From Chiloscyllium plagiosum (lineage: Eukaryota), in NCBI RefSeq assembly GCF_004010195.1, contig NC_057749.1, positions 10,146,241 to 10,206,314 on the forward strand: 60,074 nt of DNA, in the 5' to 3' direction. Every line of letters begins with the position of its first letter. Positions within the stretch are counted from its first letter, which is position 1. Under the pieces are notes generated by a model, which did not search any database, was not told where the DNA came from, and was given only the letters and a program-made list of their open reading frames with translations. Positions 1 through 13,062 of this stretch are shown here, in pieces. The position numbers were made by a program, and so were the translations under genes.

Positions 1-130
1 CTTTTATCTTAGCCTGCTGGACCAACTTTCCTCATTCCTGAAGAAGGGCTAATGCCCGAAACGTCGATTCTCCTGTTCCCTAGATGCTGCCTGACCTGCT
101 GCGCTTTTCCAGCAACACATTTCCATCTCT
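1..130 (+). mobile_element. Penelope-like pLTR end (family A) with intact minimal hammerhead core at 38-65
   Basis: CTGAAGA-A-GGGC-taat-GCCC-GAAAC-GTC; same sequence family as 41270-41408. Confidence 0.8.
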
Positions 131-420
131 AAAGCACATACGAGCTAGGCCGGCTATAAACAGGTCCAGGACAGCGAGCTGAGGAGGGAATCATAATCTG
201 CCGATTCCCTATGCCTCTTCCGCAGTTATGTTAATGCCTGGATATCCTTGGAGAGGGAGCACACAGTGTCCATCAATGTTCTTGATGCCTTTAGAGAGAG
301 AGAGATGGGCATCACATGGGACGTACCGGTCTTTGCCTCGCTCTCCAACTCCATTTTGATTCAGTCCCTTCCCTCTCTCACTACCTCCTCTTCACTTTTG
401 ATAGTCTTCATTGCCCTCAA
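131..420 (+). mobile_element. Tx1/L1-clade ORF2 C-terminal relic
   Basis: AINRSR..LFRSYV.A.ISLEREH.VS...DAFRER resembles the Tx1-type ORF2 end. Confidence 0.45.
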
Positions 421-839
421 TTAGCTTTTCATGTCAATATTGAATTGGCCACATGGATGTTTTCACTGGTGACGGTTAGTTGTTTGTAGTGATTTTGGCC
501 TTGGGAAGGTCACGCAGCTGTGAGTGAGAACTCTCCTGGGGAGAAGAAAAGAAGATGCCCACACAAACCAGATCATAGAAAAGTTACCACACGAAAAGAG
601 GCCATTCAGCCCTTCAAGTTAGCTGAGTAAATGGGCTCCAGCTCATTGATTTTCTATCCCACCAGCTTCAGTCTGACAATACGCTCAAGCTGATGTGAAA
701 GAACTTCTTCCAATGGCCAACTGTGGACCTGAGACTCCAGAGACAGAAAATGAATTGGTGAGGGCTCTACTCCTTCTCTCAAAACAGTAGAGCCTTGGTT
801 GTCAAAGAGTTGGGAGCAAGCAAATGCTATTTTGTATTC

Positions 840-1160
840 ATAGAATCAATACAGTGTAGAAGCAAGCCATTCAGCCCATCAAGTCCACTCCAAAGAGTAT
901 CCCATCCAGACCTACTGTATCCCTGTGATCTCACATTTCCCATGGTTTGTTCACCTATCCCTGGACGCTGTGGGCAATTCAGCATGTTCAATCCACCTGA
1001 CCTGCACATCTTTGGACTGTGGGAGGAAACCGGAGCACCCAGAGAAAACCCACGCAGACATGGGGAGAATGTGCAAGCTCCACACAGATAATCACCCAAA
1101 GATGGGATTGAACCCAGATCCCCGGCACTGTGAGACAGTAGTGCAAACCACTGAACCGTG
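840..1160 (-). mobile_element. HE1-type V-SINE
   Basis: Reverse complement of the 10651-10990 family. Confidence 0.88.
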
Positions 1161-1562
1161 AATGCGACCAACATCACATTAAAAATTGAAAAGCTTCTCC
1201 AATTGCGTGTTCTTTAATGCCCTATGGCCTGGCCAATATTTATCCCTCAATCAACATCACAGCATGCAAATCAGCTTGTCACTACTGTATTTGCCACTTA
1301 TGGGATTTTGCTGTGCACATGTTTGCTGCTATGTTTCAGCAACTGCCCATCAAGAGTATTTAATTGGCTGTGAAGCATTTGGGACATCTTATGGCTGTGA
1401 GAGATGCTATATCAATGCAGTGCTTCATGAACATTGGAATATCCAAAAGAGCTTTAAAGCCAATATGGTACTTTTGATGTTTACGTAATATGGGTAACAT
1501 GACAGGCAATTATGAAGAGCAAACACTCAAACAGAGCTGTATTATAAATGACTGAAGAAGTG

Positions 1563-2636
1563 CATAGAATTCTAGTCACCCTGCTTGAGGAAAGGTATTA
1601 AATTGGAAAGGGTGCAGGAAAGATTAACAAAGATGTTACCGGGATGGGAGTATCTGAGTTATAAGGAGAGGCTAGATAGGCTGGGATTTTTCACACTGGA
1701 GCATAGGAGGGGTGACCTTATAGAAGTTTATATAATCATGGGGGGGTATAGATAGAGTTAATTGTAGGTGTCTTTTCCCTAGGATGGAGGATTTCAAGAC
1801 CAGGGGCAGATTTTTAAGGTGAAAGGAGAGAGATTTTAAAAAGCTTAAATCGACGCAAAGTACTGTGGATCTTAACGAGAAAAGGATGTGCTGGAGAAAC
1901 TCAGGCTTGGCAGCATCTGTGGAGAAAGAAACAGTTAAATGTTTCAATTCTTCTTGGGGACTTCCTCCTTTAACTTCACCGTGCTCACACAGAGATGCAG
2001 CAGGTGAGTGGGAATGTTGGCCCTTATTTCAAGGAGGTTGGAATATAAGAGTTGAGAAGTCTGACTGCAACTGTACAAGGCACCGGTGAGACCACGTCTG
2101 GAGTATTGTGAGCAGTTTTGTCCCCTCATTTAAGGAAATGTATCACTTCATTGGAGGCAATTCTGGGAAGGTTCACTAAGATGATCTCTGGTCTGGAGAG
2201 ATTGTCTTATGAGCAAAGGCTAGATGCCTTGGGGGCTCTACTGAGGTTTAGAGGAATGGGAGATGATCTCATTGAAACATAAAGGGTTTTGAAGGGAATT
2301 GACAGGATGAATTCTGAGAGGATGTTTCCCCTCAAGGGAGAGTGTCGGAGCAGAGGGCACAGTCTCAGAATAAAGGGACACCAATTTAAGACTGAGATGA
2401 GGAGGAATATCTACTCTCGGAGTCTTTGGAACATCTTGCCACAGAGAGATGTGAGGGCAGAGTCTTTGTGCATATTTAAGGATGAGATTGAAGGGGATAC
2501 TGATTCTTGATCAGTTACCGGGAAGGGGCAGGAACATTGAAGAATATCAACTCAGCTAATGATCTTATTGAATGCCTGAGCAGACTTGAGGGGTTGAATG
2601 GCTGACTTATTTCTTATAGTCTTATAGCTCTTATGA
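1563..2636 (+). mobile_element. Two CR1 3' fragments (1563-1842, 1985-2636)
   Basis: RPxLEYCxQF, GDLIEV and RGHSL-type CR1 C-terminal sequence, decayed. Confidence 0.85.
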
Positions 2637-2765
2637 TTAGACAGACATTGCTGTTTGTGGGATTGCTCTAGTTGAGATGTAGTTGCTGTATACAGAACAA
2701 CCTCAATTATCTGAACGATACTGGTGGGACTTTTTTTTGGACAACTGATTGTTTGGATAACTGAT

Positions 2766-2927
2766 CAGGGTTCCCACGGTGGCAGCAGCAGCAGGAACAG
2801 GGTCCCCGTGGCGATGGCAATAGCGGGAACAGCATCCCCATGGTGACGGCAATAGCATGTACAGGGTATCATAGTGACAGCAGTAGCAGGAACAGGGTTC
2901 CCGTGGCGATGGCAATAGCAGGAACAG
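2766..2927 (+). repeat. ~32 bp minisatellite, about 5 units
   Basis: ggcaatagcaggaacagggttcccgtggcgat recurring at 2816, 2848, 2879 and 2911. Confidence 0.8.
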
Positions 2928-3696
2928 TTAAATAAGATATTGCATTTTGCTAAGGCAAATTAGGGCAGAACTTACACACTTAAAGGTAAAGTTCTGGGGA
3001 GATTTACTGAACAAAGAGACCTTGGAGTGAAGGTTCATAGTTCCTTGAAGGTGGAGACAGGATAGTGAACAAGATGTTTGGCACTATTGCTTTTATTGGT
3101 CATTGCATTGAGTACAGGAGGTGGGAGATCATGTTGAATCTGTATAGGATATTGGTTAGGCCACTTTCGCAATTCTGGTCTCCCCGCTATAGAAAAGATC
3201 TTGTTAAAGCGTGCAGAAAAGATTTACAAGAATGTTGCCAGGGTTGGAGGATTTGAGCTACATGGATAGGCTAATAGATTAGGGCTATTTTCCCTGGAGC
3301 ATCAGAGGCTGATGGGTGACCTTATAGAGGTTTATAAGATCATGAGAGATATAAATAGGGTGAATAGCCAAGGTCTTTTCCCAGCTAGGGGAGTCCAAAA
3401 CTAGAGGGAATAAGTTTAAGATGAGAGGGAAAAAATTTGAAAGGGACCCAAGGGGCAACTTTTTCATGCAGAGGGTGGTACGTGTATGGAATGAGCTGAC
3501 AGAAAAAAGTTGTGGAGGCTGGTAGAATCACAACATGTCCAAGGCATCTGGATGGGTATATGAATAGCAAGGGTTTAGAGGGATATGGGCCAAGTGCTGG
3601 CAAATGGGACTGGATTAGCTCAGGATATCTGGTTGGCCTGGACAAGTTGGACTGAAAGGTCTGTTTCCGTGCTGTATATCTATATGACTCTCTGAC
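2928..3696 (+). mobile_element. CR1/HER1 3' fragment
   Basis: Similar to 55661-56435; ctatgact tail. Confidence 0.9.
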
Positions 3697-4433
3697 AGAG
3701 ATTGGAGAAGTTGGGACTGGCATTTTCCCTTGCAATAGTGAGGGCTCAGAGGGGATTTGGTGGAGGGAATCAAAATTCTAATGGTCTAGTGGGTGGGGAG
3801 AAACTGTTCTCAGTTAATTGGGAACAGGATGACCCAGATATACAGTAAATGGAAATTGAGGTATTGGGGACCTGAGGAAATATTTTGTCATGCAGCAAGT
3901 GGGTAAGCTGCACCCAAGAGTGTGACACAGACACAAAGGGCATTCAAGAGGGAGTTAGGCTGTTATTTGAGAATACGCAGGGTTATTAGGAGAAGGCAAC
4001 CAAGTTGCATTAAATGAATTGGAGACCAGGTGCAGACACAGTGGGCCGAATGGCCTCTCCACGTGTTGTATCAATTTTGTGAAGACTATCAATTTCAGAA
4101 TGATCAGGAAGAAAAACGGAAATTGCTGGACAGGCTCAGCGGGACTGGCAGCATCTGTGGAGAGAAATCAGTTAACATTTCAGGTTGAGTGACCCTTTGT
4201 TAGAAGGGTTTTGTCAGCGTGTTCAGTGTTGGTCTTCCATCGAATTCAAGCGTCCACATGCTTGGGGTCAGACACTGCACAATGATAACATTACAGTGCT
4301 CCCACTCAGTGCTAAGTTCAGAAAATTCATAGCACCAATGATCTCAAACTCTGGGAATGTGAGGCGCCATCACTATCATTTTTCAAAGCCAAAGCTATCA
4401 GGAATTTGATTGAAGCTAGGGCCTGTGCTGCAG

Positions 4434-4594
4434 GTTGACAGAGTTGCTGTTTGACCTGATGTTCCCAGAGAACATGGTGAGTATGTTTGGACTGAATGTT
4501 ACAACCTGTCACCCAGCAGTTTCAGTGCAGGGCTCTCACCAGATGGTGGTGCAATGGACCAATATTGCATCCACAATGCCAACTCCTGCTACAA
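4434..4594 (+). pseudogene. Disabled SORD-like exon 4 of an upstream tandem paralog
   Basis: gctgcag acceptor, gtcagc donor; 161 bp (+1 insertion at the start); reads DRVAV*PDVPREHGEYVWTECYNLSPSSFSAGLSPDGGAMDQYCIHNANSCYK, colinear with 37876-38035, with an in-frame TGA. Confidence 0.9.
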
Positions 4595-5387
4595 GTCAGC
4601 TCAAGTTAAAATTATGACTAAATTACTGCTGACTGTTAAAGTTTCTTTGCGCAGGGAAGAGGTTTTCACTGGATATGGGCACTTACATTGCGTGAAATAA
4701 AATGGAAAATTGCGGAAGGTTCAAATCCACAGCTGAGGAGAATAGAGATAAAGGTCAGAATTGTTTAAGGGTCTGAGTGTTGGGGGCTATGGAGGGATTG
4801 GAGGGGTGTGCAGAATCAGATGAAAAGTTCAGTGAGGCTGGTCATCTCACTCCATCTTTTACGCAGCGCGGAGAGATTCTCGCTGGGCAGTGGAACATTG
4901 CCACACGACAGTGATTAGCGCTGTGTGAAGCTCAGTGCTGTTGGTCCAAGTCACCTCATTAATATTCGATCTTACCAAACCCGCCCAGCGACACAGGGGA
5001 ATACTCAGCGTGGAAGGGGTGGTGTTTTCCTAGTGGTATTATGGCTGGATTGTTAATCCTGAGATCCACGTAATGTTCTGGGGACCTGGATTCAAATCCT
5101 GCCACAGTAGATGGTGGAATTTGAATTCAATATAAATCTGGAATTAAGATGACCATTTCCCATAAGCAAAAGGCTTTGTTATCTTCTTCATTAATGAAAC
5201 CTGGTGTGAGTTGCTTTTATCTTAAATACTGGTCACAGGCAGGCATTTAGCATCCTAGTGATTAAATTCGTCAAATTCATACTTGTGACGATCCTTGATT
5301 TCCAGTACACTCTGCCCATCTGGGTCGCGAAGTTGGGGTGGTCATAAGACCAGAAATAGAATCCAAGGGTCACGGAGCAGGAGGGTA

Positions 5388-6022
5388 CTGTTGCACCTCA
5401 ATTATCCGCATATCAATTATCCGAATTTCGCATCATCTGAACAAGGTCTCAAGGCCCCATAAAAATGTTACATCAAACAGTTAAGTGAATTCAGATCACC
5501 TGTATTGAAAAACATGTGAAAACACTGGCAAAAACAAAGAAACACGAGCACCTCAAACAATAGCGACCGGATATTTTTTACGCCAGGGTTGTTACACAGC
5601 CCTTTGTAAAAGTAAGTGCTTTGTTCCCATCACTTTACCAGGCCGGCCATGACAAAAGTGTCTGAGAAATTAAACACATGCATGAGGTGGTGCTTCTGTC
5701 TTTCTATCACAACACTGAGTTCAGCGGAAACTGATAAATGCTCTTGTGACTGCAGAAGCTGTTTGGGACCTTGTTTAATGCTGGGATTTCATATATTTAT
5801 GCGACGGTAGGGGTTTTGTCCTCAGTTTAACCTGCGATTTGCAGAATGCAAAGATTAGTTTGTTTAAATAGCAGACTCATCAAAATTATAGATTTTAACA
5901 AACTCTCTGATAGAGCACAGTATGGCTTCCCTTGTTTAAGGCCAAATTGATTATCCAAATAATCAATTTATCCAAACGAAATACTGCCCGCTTATCTCGT
6001 TCAGATAATCGAGGTTCCTCTG
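5388..6022. mobile_element. Tigger/pogo-type MITE
   Basis: Imperfect TIRs ctgttgcacctcaattatccg / cagataatcgaggttcctctg flanked by TA; subterminal attatccga repeats; the same terminus occurs alone at 2691-2765. Confidence 0.7.
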
Positions 6023-6121
6023 TATTGAGGCCTCTTCTGGAATACTGTGCCCAGTTCTGGTCATCCTGTTTTAGGGAGGATATTATTAAACTAGAGAGAG
6101 TTTAGAAAAGCTTTGGGCCAT

Positions 6122-6432
6122 AAGACTGGGTGGCTCAATGGTTAGCATTGCTGCCTCACAGCACCAAGGTCCCAGGTTTGATTCCAGCCTCGGCTGACTG
6201 TGTGGAGTTTCCACGTTCTCCCTGTGTCAGTGTGGGTTTCCTGTGGGTGCTCTGGTTTCCTCCCACAGTCCAAAGATGTGCAGGTCAGCTGAGTTGGCCA
6301 TGCTAAATTTCCCATAGGTTAGGTACATTAGTTAGAGGGAAATGGGTCTGGGTGGGTTACTCTTCGGAGGGTCGGTGTGGACTTGTTGGGCCGAAGGGCC
6401 TGTTTCCACTCTGTATGTAAACTAATCAAAAA
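6122..6432 (+). mobile_element. HE1-type V-SINE inserted in a CR1 fragment (6025-6887)
   Basis: A/B boxes, V-domain, CR1-like tail; the CR1 sequence resumes after 6432. Confidence 0.88.
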
Positions 6433-7269
6433 AATTTACCAGGATGTTGCTGGGAATGGAAGATTTGAGATATAAAAATAAACTGGAAAGACAAGGATAT
6501 TTTTCACTGGAGCATAGGAGGTTGAGGTTTATAAAATCAGGGTCCCAGGTTTGATCCAACCTTAGGTGACTATGGAGTCTGCGCATTCTCCCTATGTCTG
6601 CACGGGTTTATAAAATCATGAGGAGCACTGATGAGATGAATGACGAGAGTCTTTTCCCTAGGTTGTGGAGGCTCAAAACAAGGGGTTGTATTTTTAAGAT
6701 GAGAGGAGGAAGATTTAAAAAAGACATGGGGGACAATTTTCTTTACACAGAGAGTGCGTCATGTCTGGAACGAACTGCTAGAGGAAGTGAATGCAGGTAC
6801 ATTTATGTTTGAATGACATTTGGATAAGTTCATGAATAGGAAAGGTTTGGAGGGATATGGGACACATGGGACTAGTTTAGTTTGGGAACATAAACAGAAG
6901 TTGCTGGAAAAGCTCAGCAGGTCTGGCATCATCTGTGAAGAAAAATCAACGTTAACGTTTCGGGTCTGGTGACCCTTCCTCAGATCTGCAACCTCTGGAA
7001 TGAATTCTGTCTGAATCACAGTAAAGACTGACAGGTCTTTGGTATAGGGTGTCACAGGAATATGGGATCTTGGAAAGTCTACACGCTCACTTTCGTTCTC
7101 AAACATGCCATTGCAACAAGTATTGATGGTGCTGGGACTCGTAATTGAAGGAGGATCCCAATGGGACCCATCCAACTCATTACAGCCTGATAATGAAGAC
7201 TGGGAGTGAGGTGACTGGTCATCTTATTGATGAAGGAATGATGCAAAATGCAGAACATAAATTCAACTT

Positions 7270-7532
7270 TTAGAATCATGGAACCGTGGAATCAGACCAT
7301 TCGGCCCATCAAGCCCCACGCTGACCCTCCAAACATCATCCCATTCAGACACTATCCCCGAAGCCCTGCATTTCCTATGGCTAATCTACCTAGCCTACAC
7401 AACTTCAGACTGTGGGAGGAAACCAACTCAGACACAAGGAGAATGCGCAAACTCCACACACATAGTCACTTGAGGCTGGAGTCAAATCCGGGAAGGTGTT
7501 GTGAGGCAGTAATGCTAACCACTGAGCCACCG
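7270..7532 (-). mobile_element. HE1-type V-SINE (internally deleted)
   Basis: Family similarity. Confidence 0.8.
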
Positions 7533-7975
7533 TTTTGTTTTGGTAAATGTATTAATGTTCATTAGTTAAGTAAAGAATGCTTTGTATCTACACTAGACCT
7601 TTCACGAATTCAGTAGATCCCAATGCCATTATTCTAATGTGCCATTTCAAAGAAAAGTTCCTTTTTTCCCTATCTGTTATGTACCCTGAGCTAACACTGT
7701 AAAAAACAATTATCTGGTCATTAACCTTATCATTATCTCTGGGAGATTGATGTGTGCAAACCCGCAGCTAGGTTTCCAAGTGGCTACGTTTTGAGTGTAC
7801 TTCATTGGCTTACAGTGCTTTCCATTGTCTTGAGGCTGTGAAAGGCACTACAGAAATGCATACTCTTTCCTTCATGTCGAATACCAAACACAACATCTTA
7901 GCTATGACGTGCAAACTATCTTGTACCTTTGCCACAATCCTGCTACTATCTGACATGCTATTTACCCCTTTTATG

Positions 7976-8042
7976 GTAAAATTGGATTCGTGAATCTGAA
8001 GGTTGCCAAGACAAATGGGGGCAGTTCGGGCCATGATTTGTG
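7976..8042 (+). pseudogene. Disabled SORD-like exon 6 of the upstream paralog
   Basis: GKIGFVNLKVAKT(+1)MGAVRAMIC matches SORD [22 protein letters not shown]; 67 bp versus the expected 66; gtaagt donor; acceptor degraded (ttttatg). Confidence 0.8.
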
Positions 8043-8400
8043 GTAAGTTATGCTGTGTACACCTTCAGTCTCTAACTGTTCCTAGTTGACATACCTTTCT
8101 CTTCAGCTTCCTGACAAAAAAATAAGTGCTTCTAATCAACCTGTTCAGAGTTGCTGTCTCACACACACCTCTAAAACAATGAGGACCTGAACCTGAGTCT
8201 GCTGGTCTAGAAGCAGGGACACCAGCACTACACCACAAGAGGGCAATGCAGTGCAAGTTGGAAACCTTTCCAACATGTTAATCCTTCTAAACTGAGTGAA
8301 AGAACTCTCTATGTTTATGGTGTTAGTGGCTTATAAAATGCACGATAAAATTTCACTGACCTTCACTTTCATGTTGCACACACACATGTGGATAGTGAAG

Positions 8401-8574
8401 TTAAAAATCACACAACACCAGGTTATAGTCCAGGTTGTGGGCCCACTGTCACCTGATGAAGGAGCAACGCTCCGAAAGCTAGTGTGCTTCCAATTAAACC
8501 TGTTGTACTATAACCCGGTGTTGTGTGATTTTTAACGTTGTACACCCCAGTCCAACACCGGCATCTCCGAATCA
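8401..8574. mobile_element. Penelope-like fold-back insert, family C, intact hammerhead at 8450-8484 (+)
   Basis: 12 bp TSD tggatagtgaag (8389-8400 / 8575-8586); CAC-CTGATGA-A-GGAGC-aac-GCTCC-GAAAG-CTA-GTG. Confidence 0.85.
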
Positions 8575-9035
8575 TGGATAGTGAAGGTAGCAGTTCTAAT
8601 GTTCTTTTAAACACTTGGCTGAGCAGGTATCCTACCACCTGCCATTGGTGTGCATTAGAAGGATTTAGAAGTTGACAAATCAAACTCTTTGACTGTGTTA
8701 TGATCAGACATCAGGTTCTGGAGTGAGATTTGAATCTAAAGGCGGAAATACTATTTATTTACCTCAAGGTCTCTCAATGATACAAAGGTAAAGTCACCAT
8801 AGTCTCAGAAAAGCATAAAGCAATGTGGGTATATCTACACGACATGGATTGCAGTGGCTCACAGTCATCTCCTTGTGGATAATCAGAGACAGGCAATAAA
8901 TGTCGGCCCAGAAATGCCCACATTCAATTAATGAATACGCTGAGAAAATGGATAAGGTTTTCATTTATGCTGGAGCTAAGTTTAGAATTAACTGGAAGTA
9001 AACACAATGTTAGCTGCTACAATAGGATTACCCTT

Positions 9036-9152
9036 CCCTAACCCAACTCAAAGCCGAACCCTAACCCTAAACACAACCCTAACTCTAACCCTAACCCCAA
9101 CTATAACTCTAACTCCAACCCTAAACACTAACCCTAACCCTAACTCCAACCC
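9036..9152 (+). repeat. Degenerate interstitial telomeric repeat (CCCTAA)n
   Basis: About 19 hexamer units, several perfect CCCTAA. Confidence 0.85.
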
Positions 9153-10520
9153 ATTGTTTAATTTTGCAAGCTTTACAGCCAGAGAAAATCTAATGTCTTC
9201 ACATGATATATAGACAGAGGCAATATCAAACAATTTGGTAGAGATTAGGAGCTTTCCTGATCCTTCGATCAGGAATGTTGAGGCCAAATATAATAACAAA
9301 GGTAACCGACAGCCCCCCAGCTTATGTTCTGAGGACCTGGATTTGAATCTCACTATTGAACGTGTTGGAATTTGAATCCAGTAAAAACCTGTTCTTAAAG
9401 TCTAATGATGACCATTGTAATTGTTGTAAAAACCCATAGGTTTACTCTTGGCTTTTAGAGAAGGGAACTGCCATCCTGACCTCGTCTGACCAATATATAC
9501 CTCTAGGTTCATAGCACATGTGTTTAACTCTTATCTGCCCTCTGAAATAGCTCAGCAAGCTACTTGTACTAACCATTAGAAAGGCAACAAAGAGGATGAA
9601 ACTAGTTGGACCATCTGTCATTAACAAAGGCACCAGAAACAAAACAACAAACACAGCCCTATTGACCCTACAAAGTCTTCCTGAATAACCTCTGGTCCCT
9701 GAACTTTAGAGTTCATCACAGTGACCGACGTGGAAGCAAGCAAACTGGAAACAGAATGCAGAGTTCTCTGAAGGTGGCCAGACTGGAATGAGGTAATTCC
9801 GTGAAGAGATTTGAAAGCAAACAGGAGAATTCTCTTGTTGAATTGGGAGCCCGTTTAGATCAGTTAGCACAGGACTGAAAGATGAGTGTGATTGTCATGA
9901 TAAGGGTAGGAGATCTGCCACCTTGCCTCTGGGCAATTAATTCAACACAGATTAGACATTGAAACAAGGATGCTCCTGTTCTACTCTGTAGGTAACATGA
10001 TACTAATTGCTTTTTCCCATTGTGCCACTTTGAAAAAATATTCTTGATTTTAATTTGTGCACCATGAAAATGTCGAACCTACAAAGTATTGTTTCTTCGG
10101 CCACGTGTTGAAGAAAGGTTTTGACTCTGGCATTGATCCAGCTGCAGTGAACCTTCTGATATTCAGTGGTGGGGGGTGGGAGGGGGTTTACAATATAAAA
10201 TATTGTAAATCGTAAGCAGTAATTTTTTTTTCCTCACTTAATTAAAAGCATTCAAAACAAACTTCTGCATTCAAATGTTTCTTGCTGTGTGAATTAGATG
10301 GAGGAAGATGCTGAATAAATCATAAGTCTTTATTTCCTTCTCAGTTTCTCATATACAAGCCAGTCTATGGTCAGAGTGCCCATGTTGATAACCAGCATAC
10401 AAATCTGTGCCTCTCATCAGGCGCTGGTTTCTTCACAAGGGGAGTCTTTCCGTCTATCACTGGCCTTGTCACCATATTATGTTATGTAACTGTCTCTCAT
10501 ACATGATGGCCAATGGTAGA

Positions 10521-10999
10521 GAGGCAGCACGGTGGCTCAGTGGTTAGCACGGCTGCCTCACAGCACCAGGGACCCAGGTTCGATTCCAGCCTCAGGCAAC
10601 CGTCTGTGCTGAGTTTGCACATTCTCCCTGTATCTGTGTGGGTTTGCTTTGTGGGCGGCACGGTGGCACAGTGGTTAGCACTGCTGCCTCACAGCGCCTG
10701 AGACCCGGGTTCAATTCCCGCCTCAGGCGACTGACTGTGTGGAGTTTGCACGTTCTCCCCTTGTCTGCGTGGGTTTCCTCCGGGTGCTCCGGTTCCCTCC
10801 CACAGTCCAAAGATGTGCAGGGTCAGGTAAATTGGCCATGCTAAATTACCCGTAGTGTTAGGTAAGGGGTAAATGTAGGGGTAAATGTAGGGGTATGGGT
10901 GGGCTTCGCTTCGGCGGGTCGGTGTGGACTTGTTGGGCCGAAGGGCCTGTTTCCACACTGTAATGTAATCTAATCTAATCTAATCTAATCAAAAAAAAA
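10521..10999 (+). mobile_element. Truncated HE1 SINE (10521-10650) followed by a young full-length HE1 SINE (10651-10990)
   Basis: Two tRNA-derived heads; CpG-rich second copy with (TAATC)n tail and A-run. Confidence 0.92.
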
Positions 11000-12423
11000 G
11001 GTGACAAGAAATGGTAACATAGCTGAAACTTCAATGCACAGTCAGCATGGTATCATAGAAATTACTTTTGAAACTGACAACACATGCTCACTTGATTTGT
11101 CTCCGGATGTCCCATCATGTTTAGCAAGTCATTAAATGTTTTGGAAGTGTGGACACTATTTCAATCATGACAATTTGTACATAGTTAGCTCCCATTAGCA
11201 GCATTATTGTAATGACAGCGCAACCTGACTTTCCTTTTCATGAATTTAATTGAGGGCACATTATTGATCAGGATCTTGTGGAAAGCTTCCCTGCTATTTG
11301 TTGAAAGAATGCCCTGGATCTTTTACACATCCACTGGGGAGGTCAGTCAGGGGCATTGAAATGATGTGATCGAAAAGTGCACTTGGCTGGAAAGATTGCT
11401 GGTTTGGAAGTCTCTGGAGTACGGCTTGAGTCTCCAATCTTGTAACTCACCAGCAAGACAACGAAGCACTGTTTGATGTGTAACTTTTATCAAAACACAA
11501 AGCATTGGTAGTGTCACTGATGTAGCTTTTTTATAAACTCAAGAATAGCTTGTCTTGAGTCCATTATTGCAGGATACAGCTCTTCCACAGCATATAAAAT
11601 CCATAGCAATGTCCTTATATATTTCAATTGGAATATCCATGCATTGCAACAAAATAACAAATTCCACTTTACCCTACACTTGTTGTACTTGGAGGAGGCC
11701 CACGTTTTGAGCACCTTTGCATGTTGTAACTGCAAACCATGTCCTGGGAGTGATTTAAGATGCCTTTGCTTTACTCTTGCAGCACTGTCTCTTGTAACTT
11801 TGTTCAGTACTGCAGTCTCCAGAGCTGGCTTGTCCTAGACACCTCCCTCTGTCTCGCTGCTGAAAAGCCATTTCACAATGTTTCTGCCATGGTTTTCAGA
11901 TGATTCTTATCCAAAAATGGCTGTCTATAGACAGATTTTATTGCAAAGAAACAAACTAACTAATTTTAATTCATTCTTCAACAGAGGAAATTTGATTATG
12001 CTAGTATGCGTCCTGATGTCCATCTTCCTGACTCTTGTTCAGCCCCACATGTCTTTACACCTTTTGAGGACTGAAAGAATGGTCTTGGAATCGGGTCATA
12101 AAGCTGTTGTGCATGGAAACGGACCTTTTGGTTCCACTTGTCTACACTGGCAAGATATTCTAAATTAATCTAGTCTCATTTGCCAGCATTGACCATTATC
12201 CCTCTAAACTCTTTAATGACCCTTTGTGATTGACTCTTAAGATAATGTAGTCAGTCTGTATTTGGTTCCAATTGAGTCCACAAGAGAAGTCAAATGATCT
12301 TCAGAAACTATTTTGTAAGATTCCTCTGCGCCCATTTTGGGATACAGATTAACTTTGTTTACAAAATATGAAAATATTGTAACCACACATTTGTAACAGC
12401 AAGTTCAACTGAGAGGAAAAGCA

Positions 12424-12851
12424 GTCAAGATTAGAGTGGTGCTGAAAGTGGGCGGCACAGTGGCACAGTGGTTAGCACTGCTGCCTCACAGTGCCAGAGA
12501 CCCGGCTGACTGTGTGGAGTTTGCACATTCTCCCCTTGTCTGCGTGGGTTTCCTCCCTCAGTCCAAAAATGTGCAGGTTAGGTTAATTGGCCATGCTAAA
12601 TTGCTCGTTGTGTTAGATGAAGGGGTAAATGTAGGGGAATGGGTCTGGGTGGGTTGTGCTTCAGCAGGTCAGTGTGGAATTGTTGGGCTGAAGGGCCTGT
12701 TTCCACACTGTAAGTAATCTAACCTAAAAGCGCATCAAGTCAGGCAGCATTTGAGGAGCAGGAGAATTGACGTTCAGGAATCCTAATTTAATTTAATTTA
12801 ACCACTTTAATCTTGACTCTAATCTCCAGCATCAGCAGTATCCACTTCTAC
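12424..12851. mobile_element. Family A fold-back insert containing an HE1 SINE (12448-12726)
   Basis: 15 bp TSD ctgagaggaaaagca (12409-12423 / 12852-12866); inverted pLTR ends. Confidence 0.8.
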
Positions 12852-12941
12852 CTGAGAGGAAAAGCAATTGGATGAGTGGATACAATTATACTTTACGTTA
12901 ATTAATAAACATATATCATTACCACATAACATTCTTCCTAG

Positions 12942-13062
12942 GTGGTCTGTGGAAATGATCAGGTTAGCATCAAAGAGGATTGACAGAAAGCCTTCGGTAA
13001 TTAAGGGCTTACAGTATATGAATGGTCAGCCACCCTTGGCCTGTAGAGTACACAAGATATAG
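12942..13062 (+). pseudogene. SORD-like exon 9 (last exon) remnant of the upstream paralog
   Basis: cttcctag acceptor in the expected phase 2, then WSVEMIRLASKRIDRKPSV versus SORD WPVAISMLASKSVNVKPLV; similarity is lost afterwards, so the 3' end is approximate. Confidence 0.72.

Noticed and set aside
9007..9353. TLTLT / VRVRV ORFs
   Set aside because: Translations of the (CCCTAA)n tract.
10361..10460. SMVRVPML / RGVF as pseudogene exon 8
   Set aside because: Needs several frameshifts and lacks fitting splice sites; indistinguishable from chance by eye.
10651..10725. SINE heads as functional tRNA genes
   Set aside because: They continue into V-domain and LINE-derived tails and lack a complete cloverleaf.
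11514..11735. Minus-strand 73 aa ORF as a transposase or gag remnant
   Set aside because: No diagnostic motif that I can support.
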